Assembly (NCBI GenBank): GCA_963702845.1
Contig: OY969763.1
Coordinates: 800,001 to 864,000, forward strand
Source: an uncultured Verrucomicrobiae bacterium
GTDB lineage: Bacteria > Verrucomicrobiota > Verrucomicrobiia > Limisphaerales > Palsa-1400
Length of the DNA: 64,000 bases
Reading direction: 5' to 3'
How positions within the stretch are numbered: the stretch's first letter is position 1; every line of letters begins with the position of its first letter. Both the position numbers and the translations under genes were made by a program. The notes below the pieces were generated by a model. That model had not been told where the DNA came from and searched no databases. It saw only the letters and a program-made list of their open reading frames with translations. Positions 55,263 through 64,000 of the stretch are shown piece after piece.

Positions 55263-56735
55263 ATGAAAAAGAACCCGAACAGTTTTATTTCGGTTTTTGG
55301 CATCGCGCTGTTGTTGACGTCTGCGCCGCTGATTCGCGCGGAGGTCTCGGCGGACGAAGCCCGCCAAATTGCCGAGGACGCATATATTTACGGCTACCCG
55401 CTCGTATCGATGGAAATGACCCGTCGCGTCATGACCAACGTGCGCGAACCTGAAGGCACACGCGTGCCGATGGGACAATTCATGCGCATGAAAGAGTATC
55501 CCACCGCCGCTTTTCACGACGTTGTCGCGCCCAATGCGGACACGCTGTATACAACGGCGTGGGTGGACGTCGGCAAGGAACCTTGGGTTGTCAGCATTCC
55601 AAATTCGAACGGACGTTATTATCTGTTCCCGATGCTTGATGGATGGACCACGGTGTTTCAAGTTCCCGGCAAACGCACCACTGGCACCGGAGCGCAGAAA
55701 TACGCTATCACCGGTCCCGGTTGGAAAGGAACCTTGCCCGCAGGTGTGAAGGAATACAAATCGCCCACGGCGATTGTTTGGTTGCTCGGACGTATTTCTT
55801 GCACGGGCACGCCCAAGGATTACGCGGAAGTTCATGCCATGCAGGATAAGTGCGCTCTGGTTCCGCTCAGTTCCTTCGGCAAATCTTACACGCCGCCCCC
55901 TGGCGAAGTGGATCCGGCCATTGACATGAAGACGCCTGTCAAAGAAATCGTGGATCGTCTCGACACTGAAAGTTTTTTCAAATTATTGGCCAAGCTGATG
56001 CAAGACAACCCGCCTGTCGCCGCCGATGCGCCCATCGTCGCCCGGATGGCAAAAATTGGGATCGTTCCGGGACAACCTTTCGACATCAACAAACTGGGAC
56101 CGGACACGGCCAAGGCGTTGCAGGACGTTCCCAAAACTTCCGCTGAAAAAGTCATGGCCTATGCCAAGGATGCGCGCACCGAAAACGGTTGGCTTTTTTC
56201 CACTCATACCGGCGTTTATGGCACGAATTATCTGAACCGCGCCCTCGTCGCCGCCATCGGACTGGGGGCCAACCGTCCGGAGGACGCCATTTATCCAACG
56301 TCCAAAGCGGACGCCGAGGGGCAGCCTTACACCGGGGCCAGCAAATATGTGATTCATTTCGCCAGTGCCAAAGACTTGCCGCCGGTGAACGGCTTTTGGT
56401 CGCTGACGATGTACAACTCCAAAATGTTTTTTGTTGAGAACCCGCTCAACCGCTACACGCTCAGTTCGCGAAATAAATTCAACACCAATCCCGACGGCTC
56501 GCTCGACCTTTACATCCAACACGATTCGCCGGGCTCAGAAAAAGAAGCCAACTGGCTTCCCGCGCCCGCCGACAATTTCGCATTGATGTTTCGTTTTTAT
56601 TGGCCCAAGGAACAAATCCTCAACGGTAGCTGGAAAATGCCTGCCGCGAACAAAACGCCCGGAGAAATCGTGCCTTCCGCCGCAGGTGCCGAACGCAAGT
56701 CCGACCAACAAGAAAAGGAATCGCAAAAGAAATGA
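55263..56735 (+). CDS. DUF1254/DUF1214 protein
   Basis: AYIYGYPLV, PNADTLY, GLGANRPEDAIY, FWSLTMY, NWLPAP. Confidence 0.92.
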   Translation: MKKNPNSFISVFGIALLLTSAPLIRAEVSADEARQIAEDAYIYGYPLVSMEMTRRVMTNVREPEGTRVPMGQFMRMKEYPTAAFHDVVAPNADTLYTTAWVDVGKEPWVVSIPNSNGRYYLFPMLDGWTTVFQVPGKRTTGTGAQKYAITGPGWKGTLPAGVKEYKSPTAIVWLLGRISCTGTPKDYAEVHAMQDKCALVPLSSFGKSYTPPPGEVDPAIDMKTPVKEIVDRLDTESFFKLLAKLMQDNPPVAADAPIVARMAKIGIVPGQPFDINKLGPDTAKALQDVPKTSAEKVMAYAKDARTENGWLFSTHTGVYGTNYLNRALVAAIGLGANRPEDAIYPTSKADAEGQPYTGASKYVIHFASAKDLPPVNGFWSLTMYNSKMFFVENPLNRYTLSSRNKFNTNPDGSLDLYIQHDSPGSEKEANWLPAPADNFALMFRFYWPKEQILNGSWKMPAANKTPGEIVPSAAGAERKSDQQEKESQKK

Positions 56736-57026
56736 TAGGAAGGCTTTTGTACCTCGGGCTGCCGCTAAAATTGAACCGGTCGTGCTAGTCCTCGACATTT
56801 ATAAACCTCGGCGTGTCCTTCACTGCTTGGACTCGGCAACCAGGCGTGGGGCGAAGACGTCGACGAGGACGGGGCCGAGGATGGACGTGACGAGAAACCA
56901 GGACGAGGAGACGTTGAGTGTCGGGCGGTCGAGGAGGGGTTCGTGGGCCAGGGTGCTGAGCTTGAATCGTCAGGCCACATTGAAAGTGTATGCATGCTCG
57001 ACGTCATTCTCAAAAGGACTGAAACC

Positions 57027-57353
57027 ATGGCTTGGATTTACTTAGTCATCGCAGGCGTTCTGGAGATTGGATGGGCCATTGGCCTCAAATATACAGAAGG
57101 ATTCTCCAAATTTTGGCCGAGCGTAGCGACCATCTGCGCCATGATTGCCAGCTTCGCATTGCTGGCGACGGCACTCAAGACGATACCCGTGGGCACCGGG
57201 TATGCGGTATGGACGGGTATCGGTGCAGCAGGCACGGCTATCATCGGGATGGTCTTCCTCGGCGAGTCGCGAGAAGTCCTACGTGTGCTATGTATTGTGC
57301 TCATCGTTGCAGGCGTCGTTGGACTCAAGTTCGCGTCCGCATCCACACATTGA
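57027..57353 (+). CDS. sugE: SMR-family exporter SugE/Gdx
   Basis: [47 protein letters not shown]. Confidence 0.9.
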   Translation: MAWIYLVIAGVLEIGWAIGLKYTEGFSKFWPSVATICAMIASFALLATALKTIPVGTGYAVWTGIGAAGTAIIGMVFLGESREVLRVLCIVLIVAGVVGLKFASASTH

Positions 57354-57720
57354 TCATGAGGCCTGGGCTGGGGCGCTGATCGCACCTTATTTTGGGTCGT
57401 TAGGCCGCTTATGTACAAAGACGAATATGAACACGACAGCTCACATTTTTGTTGCTCAACGGCACGTAAGTCGGTGTGAGTCCGTGTGAGTCCGTGGCAT
57501 CACTTCGGAATTACAAACCGCTTTTATTAGATAGGGCGCGTTGGCGAACCGGACAGCATCCGCGGTTAGCGGTGCATCAAGTCGTGTTGTTCCGTCTTTC
57601 CGGCTCCGAGCGCGCCGCCTCAGTGCTTGATGAGTTCATGAGTTTCAAATCGAAAACGGTTTGTGCGTTTTGTGCCTCTTTTGTGGCAATCCGCAATTCG
57701 AAATCCGCAATCCGACGCAG

Positions 57721-59106
57721 TTACGGCATTAGTTTGGTGACGATCGCGCGTTGCCATTGACGCTTCGCGTAAGGCGGATAACGCACGCCGGGATCCAGCT
57801 TCGCACTGTGATAGAGGACACCGCGTGCGTTAGTGAACGTCTCGAATCCCCATCGGCCATGGTAATTTCCCATCCCGGAGTTTCCCACGCCACCGAACGG
57901 AAGCTCGTGAAAGAGCGGATGAATGGCACAGTCATTTACCTCCGCGTCACCAGAAGAGGTCGCGTCCAGGATGCGATCAACCACGTCCGCGTCCTCGGCG
58001 AAGACGTAAAGGCCCAGCGGGCTTGGCCTGTCATTGACCCATTTGATTACTGCTTCGACCGATTCAATCTCGAGCACCGGAAGGATCGGGCCGAACACTT
58101 CCTCCTGCATGATGGGTGAATCCGGCGAAACATCCACCAGCACGGTCGGGGCAATGTAGAGTTCGGCCGGGTCGCTTTGGCCACCGGCCACGATTTTGCC
58201 GCAGCTCATCAGCCCCACGAGGCGGTCGAAGTTTCGGCGGTTGATCACACGACCGTAGTCCGGGCTTTTTTTGGGATCATCACCGTAAAATTCACGGATG
58301 GTTTCGCCCAGGTGGCGCACGAACTCATCCTTAACCTCGGGCCAAACGAGGACGTGGTCGGGCGCGGTGCAGATGTGCCCGGAGTTTGAGAAGCGGCCAT
58401 AAGCAATGCGGCGTGCCGCCACTTTCAAGTTCGCGGAGGAATGAACGATGGTCGGATTTTTCCCACCCAACTCCAGCACGCACGGCGTCAGATGCTTCGC
58501 CGCCGCCTGTTGGACGACCTTGCCGACCGAAGAGCTGCCGGTGAAAAAGATGAAGTCCCAATGCTGCTCCAGCAGCCCGGTCGTCTCTGGAACGCCTCCC
58601 TCGACTACCGCGACTGCGCGGGGATCAAAATACTTCGGCACCAACCGCACTACCGCCGCCGCGGAATTCGCCGCGACCTCCGACGGCTTCACCACTGCGG
58701 TGTTTCCCCCGGCCAGCGCTGCCGTCAATGGCCCAAAGGTCAGCATAAACGGCTCGTTCCAGGCACCGATGATCAGCGTCACGCCAAGGGGATCGCGGCG
58801 GACGCGGATTCGGCCGGGTTGGAACACCAGCGGCACCGGGGCGCGTTCTGGCTCCATCCAGTCCGCGAGATGTTTAAGAGTGTATTCGGCTTCCTTGGCG
58901 CAATAGGCGACGTCAATCAGATCGGCATCAATGACGTTGCGACGTAAATCCTTCCACAGCACATCGCACAGCTCGTCGTGATTTTCGGTGAACAGCGCCT
59001 TGACCGCTTCGAGTTGGGTTCTGCGCCACGCCGCCGGACGCGTCTGGCCAGAGAGGAAATATTCGCGCTGTCGGGCGACAAGGGTCGTGTAATCAAAGCC
59101 GGGCAT
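57721..59106 (-). CDS. Aldehyde dehydrogenase (ALDH3-like)
   Basis: IGAWNEP, KPSE, FTGS, LELGGKNP, GHICTAPD, EEVFGPILP, PFGGVGNSG. Confidence 0.93.
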   Translation of the reverse strand: MPGFDYTTLVARQREYFLSGQTRPAAWRRTQLEAVKALFTENHDELCDVLWKDLRRNVIDADLIDVAYCAKEAEYTLKHLADWMEPERAPVPLVFQPGRIRVRRDPLGVTLIIGAWNEPFMLTFGPLTAALAGGNTAVVKPSEVAANSAAAVVRLVPKYFDPRAVAVVEGGVPETTGLLEQHWDFIFFTGSSSVGKVVQQAAAKHLTPCVLELGGKNPTIVHSSANLKVAARRIAYGRFSNSGHICTAPDHVLVWPEVKDEFVRHLGETIREFYGDDPKKSPDYGRVINRRNFDRLVGLMSCGKIVAGGQSDPAELYIAPTVLVDVSPDSPIMQEEVFGPILPVLEIESVEAVIKWVNDRPSPLGLYVFAEDADVVDRILDATSSGDAEVNDCAIHPLFHELPFGGVGNSGMGNYHGRWGFETFTNARGVLYHSAKLDPGVRYPPYAKRQWQRAIVTKLMP

Positions 59107-59210
59107 GATGCAGTATCTTCAGTGGTTCCGTTATCCGCAATCCGCAATCCGGTGGACAGGCGATTATGCCTTTCCACGAGAAAATACCGGAGTGAGGGTG
59201 CTCGGTTCTG

Positions 59211-59356
59211 AGCCCCAAAGGGGCGACTCAATACAGCCCGGTGGCAACGCCCCGGGAAACGGGATCGCACCAAATTATAAGCCCTGAAAGGGCGTCCTAA
59301 TCCCAAACGTATCGTTCATCAAACGCAACGTTGTGCCGTTCCAGAAATGACCGGTA
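59211..59356. repeat. REP-like hairpin unit plus tnpA 3' stub
   Basis: Matches 44991-45138. Confidence 0.88.
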
Positions 59357-59600
59357 GCAGAGGCGGCAGATCACGCTCCGGAGGCCCACCGTGTTCGGCG
59401 GGGCCATGAGGTATCACCCGTAAGCACCGCGTCAGTCCTAACTGGCCAGGTGACAGGGGATAGGGGCAGTGCAAGACCGTGCCTTCGCCGCAGCTTTAGC
59501 CTTTCGGTTTCCGGCTTACGTCCTTCGTTTCAAAACCATCTGTGTCCATCTGTGGTTTAATTGTTCTTCGGGGCTTTCTAAACAAACATGCACTTCTAAC

Positions 59601-61337
59601 TTAAGTTCCTCTGAGCAGCACAAACCGATGCCAAAACGGCTGCGCCCGCCTCGGCTCCCGCGCCGCCTTTTCCGCGCTCGCACCGGGCAACCGAATCCAA
59701 AATCGACTGCCTTTCCCGACCTCCGACTCAACCCCTACGCGACCGTCCATCCGTTCCGCGGCCTTCGCCACCACTGCCAATCCAATTCCTGTGCCCTTGT
59801 AATCTGCAGGCGCCGCGCGCTCGAAAATCTGAAAAATCCGTTTCTGATCCTTTGGCTCAACACCAATGCCATTGTCCTCCACGAACACCGTAACCTCCGA
59901 ATCCTCCTGTGTGGCGCGAATGACCACCTGTGGCGTTCGTTCCTTGGGAACAAACCTTACAGCATTCGAAAGGAGGTTTTCCAGGATTTGCGTCAACAGT
60001 GTGGGATTACCCCGCACCGCTGGGAGTGTTGAATCGATTTGAAAATATTGACGCTGCTCCGGTGGAACTCCGTCGATCAATTGATGAACTAACGGATCGA
60101 GCTCGACTGTGTCCATTGGCCAGTCCGAGCTTGTGGCACGACTGTAAGCGAGGACGTCGGCGATCATTTTGTCCATACGAGAACCACTGGCAATGATGCG
60201 CTCCAGGTAACCTTGCTCCTCGCGATTCAGCTTTTCGTAGCAGTCCTCTTTTAGCACCTGGGCAAAGCCGGTGATGCCACGCAACGGCGCACGCAGATCG
60301 TGGGAGAGCGAATGAGAAAAAACCTGCATCGATTCGTTGGCCTCCTGCAATTTGGATTCTGCCTTACGCCGGACGCGAATCTCTTTCCGCATGAAGAGAT
60401 TCCATAATATCAACAGAAGTCCGGCAATGGCTGTCGCTATCAAGGCCTGCTTCGCCCGTTTCTCCATCAGGAGAAGGCGATGTCGCGATTGCAACCCAAA
60501 CATAAGGTGTTTGGCGAAGATATCGTCCAGTTCTTCACGAGAGATGGAGTCCAGTCCCTTTTCCAAAATACCCACTGGCAGGCCATGATCAAGATCGCGC
60601 CGAACCGCCACCCTCAGAGGCATGTCGGATTTGACAAGCACACCGCTGATGGCCAATTTCAGTTCTGGATGGCCGTTCAGATATTGGCTTGCGACGAACA
60701 GGTTCACAATGGTCGCATCCGCTTTTTTCTTTGCCACCAAATCGAAGCACTCTTGCTGCGTCCCCGCCAAAATCACCGATGCCGATGCAGGCAGGCGGTT
60801 GGTCGCTATTTGGGTTGTCATTTGCCTTCGCGGCAGGGCCAGCCTCCTGCGGCCCAGAACGGCCGCGGGGCCAAATATCTCCTCCCCTTCTCGTTCTACA
60901 ATAACCAACGGAGACCTGGAATAATCTTTGGTAAAGTCGAATAATTGCGCCCGTTCCGGCGATTTTGCGATGCCGCACGCAATATCCCAATGCTCACGAT
61001 TCGCCTCCAAATCTTCCGCGCTTTTATACGGTATCAGTTCAAATCTCAAACCCGTCCGCTGCGAGATCAGGTCCAGAATATCGTTATTGATTCCGCTCAG
61101 CTTTCCGTCTGGAAGGACATAGGAAAAAGGAGCCAGATTTGTCAAAACACCCACCCGCATCACCGGATGCCGGGCAATGCACTCGCGCTCCTCCAGTGAT
61201 AAAGTGACAGGGACGCCGCGTGCTTCTGCTACATTAGTCGCGGCAAACAAATGCGCGGTCGTCGCAAAAAGCCCGGCGGTTAATAGGATGACTCTGACCC
61301 CCAACCTCATGGGGCAACCTTGCACCAATCGCGCCAT
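59601..61337 (-). CDS. Sensor histidine kinase with periplasmic substrate-binding domain
   Basis: MRVGV..APFS SBP domain, TM helix, SHDLRAPLR, NLLSNAV, DNGIG, GTGIGL. Confidence 0.9.
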   Translation of the reverse strand: MARLVQGCPMRLGVRVILLTAGLFATTAHLFAATNVAEARGVPVTLSLEERECIARHPVMRVGVLTNLAPFSYVLPDGKLSGINNDILDLISQRTGLRFELIPYKSAEDLEANREHWDIACGIAKSPERAQLFDFTKDYSRSPLVIVEREGEEIFGPAAVLGRRRLALPRRQMTTQIATNRLPASASVILAGTQQECFDLVAKKKADATIVNLFVASQYLNGHPELKLAISGVLVKSDMPLRVAVRRDLDHGLPVGILEKGLDSISREELDDIFAKHLMFGLQSRHRLLLMEKRAKQALIATAIAGLLLILWNLFMRKEIRVRRKAESKLQEANESMQVFSHSLSHDLRAPLRGITGFAQVLKEDCYEKLNREEQGYLERIIASGSRMDKMIADVLAYSRATSSDWPMDTVELDPLVHQLIDGVPPEQRQYFQIDSTLPAVRGNPTLLTQILENLLSNAVRFVPKERTPQVVIRATQEDSEVTVFVEDNGIGVEPKDQKRIFQIFERAAPADYKGTGIGLAVVAKAAERMDGRVGVESEVGKGSRFWIRLPGASAEKAAREPRRAQPFWHRFVLLRGT

Positions 61338-61599
61338 TTTAAAAGGGAGGGGAAACTCCTAGAGCGATTGCCGTTCCTGTTCCGCGTCGGTGCAGGTCCG
61401 TGCCTTCATCGCAATTTTAGCCGTTTCCTTTCCCAGCTCGCAGTCTGAATTTGAATTCCGAATTTTAGAAATCTCGTAGGGTGACCTATTTATAGCCCCG
61501 GGCAAACTGGCTCAGCCAGCGCAGCCCGGGGTAAACATAAAAAACGAAGTTTCACTTTCGCGAAGCGGCGACGAAAGAGTTAACAAATGACTCCGTCCT

Positions 61600-63510
61600 G
61601 TTTACAAATTCCAAAAATCCCTCGCGTATCGAAACAGGTCAGTAAGCGGCTTGGAAAAATTCCTGAAAAATGTGTGCTAAAAACGTTCGCGTGAATGCGA
61701 CTAGGAAACCCTGTCAAACTTTTTCCGGCTGAAAAACGGCGCGTATATGCACGAAAACTGTACCCAAATGTCGGTCTATGCGTGTCGCGGGTCTTCGCTG
61801 GAAAAAGTTTTCAAAAACGTGTGATAAAACTTTGCGCATGAGCAAGAGCCATCAGGTCCTCGCGGGGTAGCCGAAGACGATGCCCGCACACGCTGTCGAG
61901 GAGGAAGGCTGCGGATTTCAACGCAGCCGGTGCGGAGCGGAAGTGGATGCCAATCGGACAATGCGATCCATTTCAAATACGTGCGCGACTTCGCGTGGCT
62001 TCGCTGGACGCAATTCGCACGGCAACCGATATTGAACCGCAATTGAAAGGAAAACTATGAAAGATCAGGAAACACAACTGCGCTTCATCTTCATGCGCTC
62101 CCAGGGCGCCACCTTTTTTCCCTTCGTTACCTTCTGTATACAGAACTACGGCTTACGGTTACGGGTTGTGAATAACTTTTGGAGGGTGTCACCCCATAAC
62201 TGTCCAACCCCCTCCTGTAATTTTGACTGCATGAAACCTACAAATAGACAGTTTCGAAAGGGGCGGGCGGCGGTCCCCCAATCCGAATTCCGCAATCAAT
62301 ATGCCTTAGCGTGCTTTGCCCCCTTCGCTCCCGTCGCGCGAAATCCGTTAACGGGCATGGACCCCATAAATTGAATAATGATGAAAACGAAAAATTGTAG
62401 CAGAAAAGTTCAGTTTTGCGGGGTTCCGTCCCGATAAAATCTGAAACAGGTAACGGGAGGTAATCAGAAGTAATCGGAGGTAATCTCATTATGCCGCAAA
62501 TCCGCCAACGAGCAAAGCGAGCCCCGACGGTCGTCGGTGGTTCGAAATCCGCGATCGAAGAAAATTGCACCATTTCTGCACTATTTTTGCCTCATCCAAC
62601 CGTTGCGGGTTCGTCGCGTCCGTTTCGAGACCCTCACTTTGGATCGCAAAAATCCCTTTTCGATCACTTTAAGTCACGTTTGGTCACGTTTGGTCACGTC
62701 CATTGCGAGACATCAAAAAATTTATTTTCATGTGACCTTTAGTGCCTTTATGTGACGTCTTGTGACCTTGACGACTTTATGTGACGAAGAATCTGACAAT
62801 TTAAGGGCTTCCCAGGAGGTGTGCCCCAAACACCGAAACAACCGCCGTGAATCCGCGGGTTGGTATCGCATCGCGATAGCAAGAGGTGTCGCCGAGGGGG
62901 GTGGGGGAGGTCTGTGTTCGCGCGCCGGATAGCATCCCCGATCAGTGGGTGCGTCAGTCCTGTTGTTCCGTCTTTCCGGCCTGTCGTTAACCGCGCCAAA
63001 AGATGTAAAACAGGTAACGGGAGGTAATCAAAAGTAATCGCGGCCTGAATGAAGGGGATGATGTGCAGGTGCCTGCTGACTCCTCTTCGAAACTCGGACC
63101 TGACGGGTGCCTGCCGTCAGCCTGACGTTTGAGAACCACTCCAACCCATTGACCATCAACATTCCTGACGGCCTGACGGCTCTACCCCCCTGGAAGGGGT
63201 ACCTACCCCTTTGCCTCGAGCTGGCCAGACATGTGCGCTGCTAACCAAGCCAAAACAATTTATTTCCGGTGCCGTTTGGTGCCGCCCGAGCCGGTCTCTC
63301 AACCCTCAACCATTTCCCCGCGCGTCCCTGCGCGACGCGACATCGAAAAAATCTCTTTTCGGTGCGTTTTGGTGCGGTTTCCGGAAAATCCGCAATTCTC
63401 AATCGGCAATCCGCAATTGATGAGATATGTGTTTCATCTGTGTTCAATCCGTGGCTAAAAACCCGCAAGCAGTAAAGATCGGTAAAGAAACGGTAAACTT
63501 TTTGTGCATC
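61600..63510. other. Degenerate paralog of the 12.2-13.8 kb region (HTH stub at 62057 plus phased repeats)
   Basis: Shared GCGCATGAGC(G/A)AGAGCCATCAG, AGGTAACGGGAGGTAATCAGAAGTAATCGGAGGTAATCTCATTATGC, GTCACGTTTG and CGGTAAAGAAACGGTAAA; MKDQETQLRFIFMRSQG resembles MHSTDTKSKFLEFRGKG. Confidence 0.75.
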
Positions 63511-63562
63511 ATTTACCTTTTTGTGGCCAACCCGTAATCCGCAATTCGAAATCCGCAATCAG

Positions 63563-63989
63563 TTATGGCATTAGATCGGGCCGAACACTTCCTCCTGCAT
63601 GATGGGTGAATCCGGCGAAACATCCACCAACACGGTCGGGGCAATGTAGAGTTCGGCTGCGTCACGCCAAAGGGGTCGCGGCGGACGCGGATGCGACCCG
63701 GTTGAAACACCAGCGGCACCGGGGCGTGTTGTGGCTTCATCCAGTCCGCGAGATATTGAAGGGCGTATTCGGCTTCCCTGGCGCAGTAGGCGACGTCAAT
63801 CAGATCGGCATCAATGACGTTGCGATGTAAATCCTTCCACAGCACATCGCACAGCTCGTCGTGATTTTCGGTGAACAGCGCCTTGACCGCTTCGAGTTGG
63901 GATTTACGCCACGCCACCGGACGGGTCTGCCCGGAGAGGAAATACTCGCGCTGTCGGGCGACAAGAGCCGGGTAATCAGAAACAGGCAT
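63563..63989 (-). pseudogene. Internally deleted paralog of the aldehyde dehydrogenase at 57721-59106
   Basis: Three collinear pieces matching 58776-59106, about 58085-58167 and 57721-57732. Confidence 0.9.
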
Positions 63990-64000
63990 GATGCAGTTTC

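Noticed and set aside
56790..57026. Guanidine riboswitch upstream of sugE/gdx
   Set aside because: The ACGA words lie in a GACGAG-type simple repeat far from the RBS and lack clear paired stems; an Infernal search against ykkC models would decide.
57475..57690. Short repeats such as TGTGAGTCCG and TTGTGC, with similar ones at 32695, 59538 and 63437
   Set aside because: Common simple intergenic repeats with no associated gene here; not enough to call an element.

Overview
Bacterial chromosome segment, probably Verrucomicrobiota (inferred from two prepilin-type proteins with C-terminal DG motifs, a fused lpxC-fabZ, and a TIGR04073-like lipoprotein). A housekeeping core (about 13.9-43.3 kb) holds reductive pyrimidine catabolism (preT, preA, mmsA, hydA) with an inserted vapBC, tatD, feoA-feoA-feoB, a sugar ABC system with inositol oxygenase and an isomerase, tRNA-Gln, ispE, gmhB, kdsB, pyrG, a frameshifted folC, lpxA and lpxC-fabZ. 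Two accessory regions flank it. The left one (2.6-13.9 kb) is the most unusual. A 37-bp sequence, ACTGATAGGAAATTGCTTTTTGACGCTGGCGCGGTTA, occurs four times in direct orientation and once inverted. Each direct copy is preceded by nested, 5'-anchored partial copies. The copies separate 0.8-3.8 kb blocks of unrelated DNA whose edges often cut through genes (arabinofuranosidase, KdpE, portal-like fragments). This looks like a repeat-delimited array of captured DNA, with no integrase, cas or reverse transcriptase gene visible in the window. It is followed by an HTH gene and a set of 10-11-bp-period repeats that recur near 62-63.5 kb. The right region (43.4-64 kb) holds a REP-flanked Y1 transposase and its stubs, PagL, a sulfatase/DUF1254 cluster, two orphan kinases, sugE, an aldehyde dehydrogenase and an internally deleted copy of it. 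All product calls come from motif recognition by eye; no database search was run.
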